A program made the translations under genes and the position numbers. The notes under the pieces were generated by a model. That model searched no databases and was not told where the DNA came from. It was given only the letters and a program-made list of their open reading frames with translations. A DNA stretch of 64,000 nucleotides. Source: Glaucostegus cemiculus. Lineage: Eukaryota. Below, in pieces: positions 42,401 through 57,400 of the stretch (position 1 is its first letter; every line of letters begins with the position of its first letter). The DNA lies in assembly GCA_976551045.1 (NCBI GenBank), contig CDPCPM010000030.1:2356001-2420000 (forward strand), given 5' to 3'.

Positions 42401-45400
42401 CTGTTGGCAATTGCATGTCCCGGAGACCTCTAAAAAATGAGGGATCAATTAGCCGGAAGGGGCAGCTTTGGACGGAGGCTGCTGTAATTCAAGAGGTGGA
42501 GATTTGTCAGTTGACAGATAAGGAGAACTGAAAACTGGTATTTGTCCTCAACGCATGGACAGTGGCCGGTAACTGTGTTTGGTGTGACATTCGGGCAGGG
42601 TTTCCAAGGGTCGGATGCACTCCCATGCCTCTCTTCCTTTAGTCTAGAGCTGAAGTCTTCCGCTATGGAAGAGCCGAGTGGATCATCAACTGGAGAGCCC
42701 ATGCTGCAACCGAACTCTGTCCCCTTGAGTGAGGCAGCCTCAGGTGCAAAGTCTTGAATGTCTTGATATTTCATACAATCTCTTCGATGCTGTGATATAG
42801 CACCTATTTGCAGCCTGATTCACTTTCGTGGCGTTCATTACCGAATGAAGGTGAATGATGGTTTTGGTTGATTATCTCTCCCCTCTGTGCCGATCTTCAG
42901 TAGCAAACTGAGGTCTCCACGGTGGACATTCAACACTTTGGTATGAGCCGCATACATGGCTCTGGTTGCGACTTGTTGGCAGCCAGAGCAGCAGAAGTGA
43001 GACCTGAGGTTTGGTAAATGGGGAATTTGAGCGGTCACTGGGGATGCTTCAGTCAACTTCAGGAAAAAATAGGATCTGTTTGTGGAAGTGGACGGAAGTC
43101 TTTCATTGTTGCTGGCAGCCAAGGTGGACAACCAGCGGCAACGTTATGACTATCAATTTGTTCACTGGCATGTATTTCAGGAAATGTGGTCTTTACGGCA
43201 TCATTGGCGGAGCCTCGGATGATTGAATGTGAGGAGATTGTATGGTGTGACTGAGGGATAGGAGACTGTACATTGTGTAGGTGTGCGGGCATTCCTGATG
43301 GTTTGAGGGGCATATTGAGAGGTGAAAATTCACTGAGCACTTGAACTGTGAGAATATAAGAGGGCACATGGTGTTTATTGACTTTCTAGTGGCGGGGTCA
43401 TCATGAAGTGCATGAATTATTCGTGTATGCGAGAATGTTCTAGGATTAGGGCTTCAGAGAATGATCAGAGTCTGAAGCACTGTTGAGACATTGTGGAAAG
43501 CTTGGGTGCTGAAGCAATGACTGGTGTCAGTAACTGAGGTTGTCTTTGTTGGTCTTTGAGTGTGGTGACACTGAATGATGGAGAGGAAGAGGAAGAATGA
43601 TGACTTGAGGGAGAAGGTTTAAATGGGAATCTGATGGACATACGTAGTTCAGAGTGCAGGCCTGTTGGACATTAGAGGGAATAATTCCTCAGGAAATCAT
43701 TGGGGAAGGTGGGATGTGACCGCCGGATGGAGTGGAGATATCGCTCTAGAGAAAGGAGAGATACTGTCTCTGATGGACTGCAAACTCACCAAAGTCTGCA
43801 AGCTCTGGGATCAGCAGTATGAATCATTGAGGGGAAAACGAATCCCCAAACTGAGAAGCTGAAACCGAACCTTCTTGTGCTGATGAGGAGTGATCGGACG
43901 GGAGGAGCTTCGGAAGGGAGATGCATGATGTTGGTTTCTCCTCAGATCCAGACCCCTCTTCCCCAATCTCCTTTCCCCGTCTGATTGTCCTGCTTTGCGG
44001 CTTCCAATCTTCCATGTTTCAGTTACTTTATTCCAGTCCCAGAGACTTCGAAAAGGGAACAATCCGGAAGCTCATCCAATGGAGCATCAACACAGGAGCC
44101 ATCTTCTATCCCAGCTGAAAACAAGTCCTCACGTCCTAAGATTTATGTCAATGGGGTCATTCAGCAAGCATGTGGCCTCGAATCTCGTGTCAACCATGCA
44201 TTTATCAGATGTGGATTTCAGCTTGACATGATTGATGGTTTTAGTTCCACCCCTGCTGCCTATTTCAGAAATTCCTGAGACCTCTGAACATGGTGGGTGC
44301 ACTTTCCAGAAAAGAACCTGGGCAGAGACTGGCGTAGAGCACGATACGGAGGTGGGCAGGTTGACCGAGCAGTAGGGCTGGTACCTGGTGTTTGTGGTTA
44401 AGGTATAGAAAGTGGCCGATGGGTGTATTTGGAGTGACATTCAGAAAGGATTTTACAAGATAATGTATAAGTTTATCAGCTGTATAAATTTGTTTGACTT
44501 CAGGCAACATGTCTTTTTATCAGAAGTGAATAAAGTGGACATCAATTCGGCAACTGTTCAGATATTTAGAAGGGATTCCAGCAGGATGTCTGTACACTAG
44601 AGGGCACGCGGTGTGCCTGGCTATTGGGGAGCATAATGGAGTGTCAGTGCCTTGGAGTTCACGGGACGTTAGGAAGAATGGAGTGCACTCTGGCTCTGAA
44701 CATAAGAGGCCTTTTGGATATCCCTGTGACATCAGACTGCAAGGATGGTCGGTACACTCCCATGCCTCTGTTCCTTTATTCCAGATCTGAAGACTTGGCC
44801 AATGGAACAGCCGAGTGGATCATCAACTGGAGAGCCCACGAAGGATCCGTCCTCTGTCCCCTTGAGTGAGACAGCCTCAGGTACCAAATCTTGTATGTCT
44901 GAACTTTCATACAATCTCTCTGCTGCTGTGATATAGCACCTCTTGTAGACTGATTCATCTTCGTGTCTTGCATTGCAGCAGGGAGGTGAATGATGGTGTT
45001 GATTGTTTATTTCTCACCTCTGTGACTATATTCAGCAACATCTGATGTCTCCACGCTGGACAATCAGCGACTTGCTATGAGCCTCATTCATGATTTTAGA
45101 TGAGTTTAGTTGGCAGCCAGAGTAGCACAAGTGAGAGCTGAGGTTTGGTAACTGGCGGAATTTGAGTCGTCACTCGGGATGTTTCAGTCACCTTCACTAA
45201 TGAATGGGATATGGGTGAGGGAGCAGACGGGAGTGTCCACTGAAGCTGACAGCCACGATTAACAACTAGCTGAAAGGGTATTAACTTCACGTTTTCACTG
45301 GCATGGGTATCAGGAAATGTGGCCAAGCGGGTTCACGTTTGTAGCTTGCTCTGATTGGATAGGAGGTGCTACAGTAGGGTGCCTGAGGGATTGGAGTCCA

Positions 45401-48400
45401 ATGATTGTGTGGGTGGGGTGCCGGGTATTCCTGATGATTTCAGGCATAGAGGGAGTGGTGGGAATGCAGTGGACATTTGGTCTGTGAGAATACTGGACTG
45501 TACTTGAAGCTTATTGAATTTGATTCATTACATTCAGAGATTGTATGAAGTGTACGGTGTGTGTGCGTTTGTATTTGGGCATCAGAGAATGATCGAGAAT
45601 TGAAGCATTGCTTGGTATTTCTGGAAAGCTTGTGTCGTGCAGCAATGAGGGGTTCAGGAACTGTGGCTGGCTTTGGTGGGCTTTGGAGGTGGAAACACTG
45701 GGTGTGCTGGAGAGACTGACGCTGAATGAGGAGTGGAGGGAAATGGTGTATCTGGGATAGTGACTGATTTGCTGAGATCAGAGAGGAGGACAAACGGAAA
45801 TGGCAGAGATAATGACTCGCGCAATGAATGAGGAAGTCGAGGAGGGAACTGGTTCAAGATGGAGGGGAGAGATTGTTTTATATATAGGAGGAACCGATCC
45901 TTGATTGCTCACTGTTAGCTCCGGTATCATTAGTGAGGATCATTGAAGCGAACACTGATGCAAATGTTCTTTCCTTGAAGCAGAAACTGGGTGTTACTGA
46001 GGGGAATCATCTGGAGGGACAGAGCTTCGGAAGAGAGAGATATTGAAGGAGATGCATGATGTTGGTTTCTCTGCAGACTCAACCTCCTCGATTCCATTCT
46101 CTTGGCCTGGTCTAATGTATTGCATTTCTGCTTCCAATTTCCCATTCTCTCTTCCTTCATTCCAGGCCCAGAGAATTCCGCAACGGAACAATCCGGAAGA
46201 ACATTCAATGGAGCATCAACACAGGAACCGTCTTCTGACCCAACAGGAGACACGTCCTCAGGTACCCAGCAAGGCTTTTGCCTCCAAACTCCTGTGACCC
46301 ATTTACTTGTTAGATGTGCATTTCTGGGGGACATGATTGATGGTTTGAGTTCCATCACTGCTGCCAAGTTTAGAAGTGCCTGGGAACTATGAGAAGGATG
46401 GGAGAACTTTCCATGAATGGGAAACCATAGACGAAGACTGGTGGAATTCAAGATGTGGAGTTGGGTCCGTGGACGCGCATCAGGACTGAAACCTGCTGTT
46501 TGCAGTCAGGCCATGGAAAGTGGTCGGTGGAAGTGTTTGGAGTGACTTTCACAAGACTGTTTTACAGATTTATGATGGTTTGACTTCAGGAAACATGTCC
46601 AGTTATTAGAAGTGAAAACAGAGGGCATCAATTCGGCAAGGATTCAGATAGTTAAAGGAGATACCAGTAAGATTTCTGCACACCAGAGAAATCCTGGTGG
46701 GCAGCAGAGACGGATGATGAGGGGGTACCTGATAGAGCTGTATAAGTAGCTGGGAGGTATTGATCTGAGGCAGAGGCTTTACCGCAGGCCTGAAATGGTG
46801 GCCACAAGAGGACATAAGTTTATGGTGATTGTGTGCAGAAACAGAGGAAATGTCAGCGACATGTTTTTTACTCAGATAGTGGTGAGTGCGTGGAGTGAGC
46901 TGCCGGAAACGGTCGGAGAGGATGACACCATAGGTTCCTTCAAGAGACTGTCAGATAGCTATATGGATCTGAGTACAACAGAGGGCTAACGTAAAGATTA
47001 ACAATTTCTAGAGTATGGACATGTTCGCATAGATTTCTGGACGAAGGGCCTGAATTGTGCTGAATTGTTTTCCGAGGATTTTCTATGTTCTCTGGGCTAT
47101 CAGAGAGCATGTTCGATTCTCAGGGGCCTTGTAGGAAACAGGATGTGAGGAAGTATGGAGTGCACTCAGGATAGGAACACAAGAGGCACCATGGATGTCC
47201 AAGTGACATCAGAGTGCAAGGACGGTTGGATGCACTCCCATCCCTCTGTTCCTTTATTGCAGACCTGGAGACATCCTTAGTGGAGGTGCCAAGTGGATCA
47301 ACAAATGCAAAGCCAACCCAGGAACTGTCTTCTGTCTCTTTGAGTGAGACAGCCTTCGGTACCAATTCTTGAGTGTCTGATGATTCAAAAAATCTCTCTG
47401 ATGCTGTGATACAGCACTTATTGCAGACTGATTCACCTTTGTGGCGGGAATAGCAGCAGGCTGATGAAAGAGGGAGTTGGATGTATATCTCTCCCATCTA
47501 TGACTATCATCAGTAGCAACGGAGGACCCCACGCCTGTCAATAAACACCTTGGTATGAGACTCATACATGTGTCTGGATGAGTCTTGTTGGCAGCCAGAG
47601 CGGCATACCTGATACCCGAGGATTGGTAACCAGGAGAATTTGATTGGAGATACTTCAGTAATTTCAGGACTAAATTGGATCTGGGTCTGGGAGCGTACGG
47701 GAGGCTACACGGATGCTGACAGCCAATTTTGATGTCCAGCTGCTAGGTTAAGAATATCAAATTCTTCACCTACATAAATATAAGAACTATGGGCTTAAGG
47801 GTATCACTGTCTGAACCTGGGGTGACTGAATGTGAGATGTTAGGATGATGTGACTGACGGATAGGAGACTCGTCATCGTGTGGGTGGGCGGGAATGCCTG
47901 GTGGTTTGAGGAGCAGATGGAGGGGTGGAAATACACTGGACACTTGAACTGTGGAAATATAAGAGTGCACGTTGTGATTATTAACATTGGCGGGCCTGGG
48001 TCATCATAAAGTGTATGAATTCTTCGTAGATGGGAGGATGTTCAAGGACTAGGGCATCAGTGAATGATCAGAGTATGAAGCACTGTTGAGCCTTTGTGAA
48101 AATCTTGTGTCCTGGAGCAATGAATGGTGTCAGAAATCGAGGTGTTCTTTGTTGGTCTTTGAGTGTGGTGACACTGAATGTTGCAGATGGTGATGTAGAA
48201 TGATGACTTAAGGGAGAGGTGTAACTGGGAATCTGATGGGCAGACGTATGTCAGAGAGCACGGCTGATGGACATTAGAGGGAATAATTCCTGAGGAAATC
48301 ATTGGGGAGGGTGTGATGGGAATTGTGAAAGGTTGGGGAGGAGAGTTTGCTCTTGAGAAAGGGGTGAAAGGGACTATGATGGACTGCAATCCCTCCAGGG

Positions 48401-51400
48401 TCTGCAAGCTCGGGATCAGCAGTATGAATCAGTAAAGGCAACAAGAGTCCCCAGTTGCAGGCACTGAATCTGAACCTGGTTGTGCTGATGAGGAGTGATC
48501 GGGCGGGAGGAGCTTCTGAAGGGAGATGCATGATGTTGTTTTTTTCTGTGATCCAATCCCCTCATCTCCAAACACCTTTCCCAGTCTGATTGTCCTCCTT
48601 TGCAGCTTCCAATCTGCCATGTCTCACTTCCTTTATTCCAGTCCCTGAGACTTCCAAAAGGGAACAATTCGGAAGAACATCCAATGGAATATCAACACAG
48701 GAGCCGTCTTCGACCGCAGCAGGAAACCAGTCATCAGGTACCAAGATTTATGTCAATTGGGTCATTCTGCAAGGATGTGACAAGGAGGCTCCTGTCAACC
48801 ATGCATTCATCAGATGTGGATTTCAGCTTGACATGAATGATGGTGTTAATTGTACACCAGCTGCCAATTTCAGAAGTGCCTGAGACCTCTGAAAAAGGTG
48901 GGTTCACATTCCCAAATGAGCAACCATGGGCAGAGTCTGGTGCAGATCACGGAGTGGAGGTGGGCCAGTGGACCGAGCAAGAGGGCTGAGACCTGGTGTT
49001 TGTAGTCAAGGTATAGAAAGTGTCCAGTGGGGGTGTTTTGAGTGACATTCAGAAAGGATTTACAAGATACTTTATAAGTTTATGAGCTGTACTGATTAGT
49101 CTGACTGCAGACAACATGTCCTTCTATCAGAAGTGAATACAGAGGACTTCAATTCGGCAATTGTTCAGATATTTAGAAGGGATCCCCGCAAGATGTCTGG
49201 ACAGCAGAGTACAATAGACAATAGGAGCAGAAGTAGACTATTCGGCCCTTCGAGTCTTCTCCGCCATTTTGAGATCATAGCTGATCCTCAACTCTCAATA
49301 TCCCGTTCCTGCCTTGTCCCCATATCCCTTGATTCCCCTAACTATAAGAAACCTATCTCGCTCCTTCTTGAAAGTGCCCAGAGAATTGGCCTCCACTGCC
49401 CTCTGAGGCAGTGCGTTCTGCAAACTCACAGCCCTCTGGGAGAAGAAGTTTTTCCTCACCTCTGTCCTAAATGGCCTACCCTTTATTCTTAAATCATGCC
49501 CTCTGTTCCTGGACTCCGCAACATCTGGAATATATTTCCTGTCTCTATCTCGTCCAATCCCTTAACAATCTTGTATGTTTCAATCAGATCCCCTCTCAAT
49601 CTTCTCAATCCCAGCGTGTACCATCCCAGTCTATCCAACCTCTCTGCATAAGACAGTTCCGCCATCCCCGGAATTAACCTCGTCAACATACGCTGCACTC
49701 CCTCTATAGCCAGGAATATCCTTCCTTAACCCCAGAGACCAAAACTGTACACAATACTCCAGGAGCGGTCTCACCAGAGCCCTGTACAAATGCAAAAGAA
49801 TCTCTTTGCTCTTGTACTCAATTTCCCTCGTAACACAGGCCAACATTCCATTAGCCTTCATCACCGCCTGCTGCACTTGCTCATTCACTTTTAGCGACTG
49901 ATGAACAAGGACTCCTATGTCCATTTGTACCTCCCCTTTACCTAACTCCACACCATTCAGTTAATAATCCGCCTTCCTGTTCCTGCTCCCAAAGTGGATA
50001 ACCTCATAGTTATCCACATTGATCTTCATCTGCCAAGTAACTGCCCACTCGCCCAACCTATCCAAGTAATCTTGAATCCTCTTAACTTCCTCTACACATG
50101 TCGCAATGCCACCCAACTTTGTATCATCAGCAAACTTGCTAATGTCATTCTCAATGCCTTCATCTAAATCATTAACATAGATCGTAAACAGCTGTGGTCC
50201 CAGCACCGTGTCCTGCCGCACCCCGCTCGTCACGGCCTGCCATTCCGAGAAACATCCATTCAAGCCCTACCCTTTGTTTCCTATCTGCCAACCAGTTTTC
50301 TATCTAAGTTAATACCATACCCCCAATTCCATGAGCCCTCATTTTACCCACCAATCTCCTGTGCGGCACCTTATCAAATGCTTTCTGAAAGTCGAGGTTC
50401 ATAATATCCACCGAAACTTCCTCGTCTATTTTCCTCGTTGCATCCTCAAAAATCTCCAGTAGTTTAGTCAAGCACGATTTGCCCTTGGTAAATCCACGTT
50501 GACTCGACCCAACTCTATCATTGCTATCCAAATATGCCGCTATTTCATCCTTAATAATGGCTCTAGCATCTTCTCCACCACGGACGTCAGGCTAACCGGA
50601 CGATAGATCCCCGTTTTTTCCCTCCCGCCTTTCTTAAAAAGTGGGGTAACATTGGTCACTCTCCAATCCTCAGTAACTTACCCAGAATCGAGTGAACATC
50701 GGAAAATGATCACCAATGCATCCACAATTTCTAGAGCCACCTCCTTCATGACCCGGGGTTGCAGACCATCCGGACCTGGGGATTTGTCAGACTTCAGCCC
50801 CATTAGTCTACCCATCACCATTTCTTACCTAATATCATTCCACTTCAGTTGCACCATCACCCTCTGCCTTTTGTCCATCCTTACCTCTGGGAGATTTCTT
50901 AAGTCTTCCCCAGTGAATACAGAGAATGCATTTGGTGTGTCAGGGTATCGGGGAGCATAATAGAGTGTAAGTGCCCTGGAGTTCACTGCATGTTAGGAAG
51001 TACCGCGTCTACTCTGGTTCTGAACATTGGAGGACTTTGGATATCCCTGTTACATCAGAGAACAAGGAGCGTCGGATGCACTCCTATGCCTCTGTTTCTT
51101 CGTTCCAGACCTGCAGAGTTCGGCAATGGAACAGCTGAGTAGATCATCAACTGCAGAGCACACGAAGGATCTGTCCTCTGTCCCCTTGAGTGAGACAGCC
51201 TCAGGTACCAAATCTTGAATGTCTGAAGGTTCGCACAATCTCACTAATGCTGTGATATCGCACCTCGAGCAGACTGATCCAACATCGTGTCGTGCATTGC
51301 AGCAGGGAGGTAAATGACGGTGTTGCATGTTCATCTCTTCAATCTGTGCCTATATTCATTAGCATCTGAGGTCTCAGCCCTGGACATTCAGTACCTTGGA

Positions 51401-54400
51401 ATGAGACTCACTCACGGATAAAGATGAGATCAGTTGACAGTCAGAGCAGCAGATCTGAGACCTGAGGTTTGGTAACTGGGGGATGTTTCATTCAAACTTG
51501 GCAATAAATGGTATCTGGGTGAGGGAGCCGGAGGGGAGTCTTCACTGATACTGACAGTCAAGGCTGACAACCAGCATCGGGTTTATCAGTATCAATTTGT
51601 TCAACGGCATTGATAGCAGGAAATGTGGGATTTCGGGGATCACTTGTTCAGCCAAGGATGGTAAAATATGAGAGATTTGAATGTTGAGGCTGAGGGATTG
51701 GAGACTGGTCATCCTTTGGGTGAGCGGGTAGCCTTGCGGTTTCAGGCAAAGCTCGAGGGGAGGAAATACACTGGACACATGAACTGTGCGAAGATAAGAG
51801 TTGACGTGGAAATTATTGTCTTCAGAAGAGCTGGGGTATCATGGAGTCTATGAATCGTTGGGGTATCCGAGAGTGTTCTGGCATGTGGACATCAGAGACT
51901 GATGCGCGCATGCAGCAATGAGGAGTCTTTATGCAAACCTTGTGTCGTGGAGCAATGAGGGGGGTCACTAATTGAAGTTGTCTTCGCTGGCCTTTGAGTC
52001 TGGTGGAACTGGATGTTGGGGAGGGTGAGGGAGAATGATGAATTGATGGAGAGGGTGTATCTGGGAGTGTGATGGACAGACGTAGGTCAGAGAGGAGGAC
52101 TGATGGAAATGAGAGGCAATAATTCCTCAGGAAAAGATTGAAGAAGGTGGTACGGCCATTGGGAGAGTATGGAGGGGAGAGTTTGCTCTGGAGAAAGGAT
52201 TGACATGGCCCTGATTGACTAACAAACCCACCAGAGTCTGCAAGCTCTGATATCAGTAGTGTGGATCATTAAAGTGAAAACGAATCCCCAAGTTCAGACA
52301 CAGGCTGAAACAGGCGGTGACGGAGAGGAGTGCTCTGGAACGAGAGAGCTTCTGAAGGGAGATGCATTGAACGGAGATGCATGATGTTGGTTTCTCCGCG
52401 GATCCAGCCGCCTCCTTACCTTACACCTCTCCCTGTCTGATTGTCCTACTTTGCGGCTCCCTGTCTCCCATGTCTTTCTTCCTTTATTCCAGTCCCAGAG
52501 ACATCTAAATTTGTACAATCCAATGCAGCATGGACACAGGAGGTGACTTCTATCTCTCCAGGAAACAAGTCTGCAGGAAACAAGACATACGTCAATGGGG
52601 TCTTTCAGCAAGGATGTGGCCTGTAATTTCCTGTGAACCATGAATTTCTTCGATGTGCATTTCAACTTGAGATGATGGATGGTGTCAGTTCCACCCCTGC
52701 TGCTAATTTCAGATGAGCTTGAGAACTCTGAAAAGGGTGGGTACACTTTCCTGGAATGTGCAACCATTGACGTTGGCAGGCGTAGATCACGATGTGGAGG
52801 TGGCTCAGTGGATCGTGCTGGAGGACTGAGACCTGGTTTTTGTAGTCAAGGGATAAAGAGTGTCCGATGAGTGAGTTTGAAGTGACTTTCAGGCAGGGGT
52901 TACAAGACTGATAACAAATTTATGAGCGGTACTGATTGGTGCGAATGCAGGAAACATGTCCTGTTATCTGAAGTGAATCTAGAGGACATCATTTCGGCAA
53001 GGTTTCAGATAATCTGAAGGGATTTCAGCAAGATGTCTGCTCACCAGAGGACACTTGGAGTGTCCTGGTATAAGGTAACATGTTGGAGTATAAGCGCCTT
53101 GGAGCACACTGGAGGTTTGGTAGCATGGAGTTAATTGTGGCTCTGAATATAAGAGAGATTTGAACGTCTCTATGACATCAGAGTGCAAGGATTGTCGAAT
53201 ACACTTCTCTGCCTCTGTTCCGTTATTCCAGACCTGAAAAATTCCCCAATAGAACAGCCGAGTGGAGCATCAACTGGTGAGCCAACCCAGGAAACGTCCT
53301 CCGTCCCGTTGAGTGAGACAGCATCAGGTACTAAGTCGTGTGTGTCTGAATTTTCATACAATCTCTACGCTGCTGTGATGAAAAACTTAATGCAGACTGA
53401 TTCACATTCGGGGCGTGCATTGCCGGTTGGAGGTAAATTACGGTACTGGTTGTTTATCTGTCCACTCTGTGCCGATCTTCAGTTTCATCTGAGGTCTGCA
53501 CGCCTGTCAATCAACATTTTGCTCGGAGCCTAATTCACAGGACTGAATGAGATTTGTTGACAACCGGAGCAGCAGATTTTCGACCTGAGCTGTGGTAACT
53601 CTGGGAATATCAGTGGTCACTTGGGGATGTCTCATTGAAATTCAGAAATGAATCGGATATGGGTGAGGTCGCGGACGGGAGACTCCAGTGGTGCTGAGAG
53701 CCAGGGTTGACAATCAGCTGAAAGATTATGAGCTTCACTTTGTTCACAGGCATAGACAACAGGAAATGAGGGTATGGTGGATCACTTGTCGAGCCTGCAC
53801 TAATCGAATATGAGGTGTAACAATGGTGTAGCTAAGGGATAGGAGACTACTTATTTTTTGGTTGGGGGGCAGGTACACCTGGTGATTTGGGGCACAGAGG
53901 GAAGGGTTGGAAAACACTGGACATTTGGACCTTGAGAATATTGGATGATCCGCTGAGGTTGCTGAATTTAGAAGGCGAGGGGAAGAAAAGAGATTATGAA
54001 CTGTTGCAGTATGAGACGGTGTTTTATTGGTTTGGGCATAGGAGGATGATCGAGGTTTGAAGCAGTTCTGGGTCTTTCTAGAAAGCTTGTGTCGCGGAAT
54101 AATGACTGTGGTCAAGAACTGAGGTGGCTTTTGTTGCGTTTTGAACTTAGAAACAGTGGGTGTTGAAGAGGGTCAAGCAGATTGATGAGTGGAGGGAATG
54201 TGTCTAACTGGGACAGAGATTGACTGAGGTCGGAGATGAGGACAGAGGGAAATGAAAGCGACAGTGACTCGGGGAATGATTGTGGAAGGAGAGATAGGAA
54301 ATGTGAGAGGACAGAGAGGAGGAATTGCTGCAGAAAATGGAGAGACACGATCCCTGATTGACAGATAATAAGACAACGTTCAGCTGTGGGATCAGAAGCG

Positions 54401-57400
54401 TTGATCATGTTCAGTCCCAGAAGCCGATGTTCAGTCACAAATCCGAACCTGGCTGTGAGTGAGAGGAGTGATCTGGAGGGATATAGCTACGGATGTGAGA
54501 ATAATTGAACAGAGGAGCATGACGTTTGTTGTTTCATGTCCCAGCCCCCTCTGCCCCAAACTCCTGCCCGATTTTGATAACCTGCGTTGTTCCTTCCAAT
54601 TGTCCATGTCTCTCTTCTTTTATTACAGTCCAAGGGACTTCCAAAATGGAAGAATACGGAGGATCAGCGAATGGAGCATCAACACAGGAGTCGTCTTCCA
54701 TACCAGTAGGAGACTCGTCGTCAGGTACCAAGACTTATTTCAACATGGTCATTCAGCGAAACTGTGTCCTCGAAGCTCTTGCTAACCATTCAATTGTTAG
54801 ATGTGCAATTCAGCCGGACTCGATTAATAGTGTTCTATCCACTGCTACAAAATCAGAAATGTCTGAGACCTCACAAAAAGGGAGCTTTCGCTTACCAGGA
54901 AAGGAGAGCCTTGGACAGACACCGGTGTAATTTATAATGTTGTGTTTTGTCAGTTTACTAATAAGGATGACAGAAGTATGCTGTTCGTCCTCAAGGCATG
55001 GAAAGCGGCCGGTGACTCTGTTTGGTTTGACCTTAAGGCAAGATTTGCAAGGTTCGGATGCACTTCCATGCCTCTGTTCCTTTATTCCAGAACTGAAGAC
55101 TTCTCCTATATACCGGCCGACTGGATCATCAACTGGAGAGCCCATGCAGGAACCGACCTATCTCCCATTGAGCGAGACAGTATCAGGTAGGAAGTCTTGA
55201 TTGTTTGATATTTCATACACTCTCCCGGAGGCTGTGATCGAGCACATTGCAGAACGGATTTTTCTTCGTGGCGTGCATTGCTGCAGGGAGTTGAATGACG
55301 GTGTTGAATGTCTCTCCCTTCTGTACCCATCGTCAGTAGTAACTGAGGTCTCCACGTTTAACAATCAGCACCTTGGTATCAGCCTCATGCATGGGTCTGC
55401 ATGAGATTTGTTGGCAGCCAGAGCAGCGGAAGTGAGAGCTGTGTTTTGGTAACTGGGAGAATTTGATTGCGAATCCATCAGTCAATTCAGGAATAAATGG
55501 ATCTGGGTGAGAGACCGGACGAGAGCATTAACTGATGCTGACAGCCAAGTTTGACATCCAGCTGCCGGGTTATGAATATCAAATTCCACACTGGCATGGA
55601 TATCAGGAAATGTGTGCTGTGGGAAGCTCAGTCTGAATCTGGGATGACAGAATGTGAGATGTTGGGATGACGTGACTGAGGGATAGGAGACTCGTCATCG
55701 TGTGGGTGGGCGGGAATGCCTGGTGGTTTGAGGAACAAATGGAGAGTTGGAAATGAACTGGAAACTTGAACTGTGGGAATATTAGAGTGCAGGTTGTGAA
55801 TATTAACAATGGGGAGCCTGGGACATCATGAAATGTATGGATTCTTCGTAGATGGGAGGATGTTCAAGGACGAGGGCATCAGAGAATGATCAGAGTATGA
55901 AGCACTGTTGAGCCTTTGTGAAAAGCTGATGTACTGGAGCAATGTCTGTTGTCAGTAATTGATGTGTTCTTTGTTGGTCTTTGAGTGTGGTGACACTGAA
56001 TGTTGCAGATGGTGATGTAGAATGTTGACTTGAGGGAGGTGTGGAACTGGGAATCTGATGGACAGACTTATGTCAGAGAGCACGGCTGATGGACATTAGA
56101 GGGAATAATTCCTGAGGAAATCATTGGGGAGGGTGTGATGGGAATTGTGAAAGGTTGGGAAGGAGAGTTTGTTCATGAGAAAGGGATGAAAGGGACGATG
56201 ATGGACTGCAATCCCTCCAGGGTCTGCAAGCTCGGGAACAGCAGTATGAATCAGTAAAGGCAACAAGAGTCCCCAATTGCAGGCACTGAATCTGAACCTG
56301 GTTGTACTGATGAGGGGTCATCGGGCGGGAGGAGCTTCTGAAGGGAGATGCATGATGTTGTTTTTTTCTGTGGTCCAATCCCCTCATCTCCAATCACCTT
56401 TCCCAGTCTGATTGTCCTCCTTTGCAGCGTCCAATCTGCCGTGTCTCACTTCCTCTATTCCAGTCCCTGAGACTTCCAAAAGGGAACAATCCAGAAAAAC
56501 ATCCAATGCAACATCAACACAGGAACCGTCTTCTCCTGCAGCAGGAAACCAGTCCTCAGGTACCAAGATTTATGTCAATTGGGTCATTCGGCAAGGACGT
56601 GCCCTCGAGGTTCCTGTCAACCATGCATTCATCAGATGTGGACTTCAGCTTGACATGCTAGATGGTGATAGTTGCACACCAGCTGCCAAATTCAGAAGTG
56701 CCTGAGACCTCTGAAAATGGTGGGAGCACTTTCCCAAATGAGCAACCATGGGCAGAGGATGGCGTAGATCACGGTGTGGAGTTGGGCCAGTGGACCGAGC
56801 ATGAGGGCTGAGACCTGGTGTTTTGTTGTCAAGTGACAGAATGTGTCCGGTGGGTGTGTTTGTAGTGACACTCAGAAAGGATTTACAGGATACTTTATAA
56901 GTTTATGAGCTGTACGGATTGGTCTGACTGCAGGCAACACGTTCTGCAATCAGAAGTAAATGCACAGGACATCAGTTCGGCAATTGTTTAGATATTTAGA
57001 AGGGATCCCGCAAAATGTCTGCACAGCAGAGGACATTTGATGTGCCTGGGTATCGGGGAGCATAATAGAGTGTAAGTGCCCTGGAGTACACTGGACGTTA
57101 GGAAGTTCCGCGTGGACTCTAGTTCTGAACATCGGATGCACTCCCATGCCTCTGTTTCTTTGTGCCAGACCTCCAGACTTTGGCAATGGAACAGCCGAGT
57201 AGATCAGCAACTGGAGAGCCCACGAAGGATCCGTCCTCTCAGCCCTTGATTGAGACAGCGTCAGGTAACAATTCCTGAATGTCTGAAGTTTCAACAATCT
57301 CCCTAATGCTGTGATATCGCACCTGTTGCAGACTGATTCATCTTCGTCTTGTGCATTGCAGCAGGGAGGTGAATGCCGGTGTTGGTTGTTCATCTGTCCA

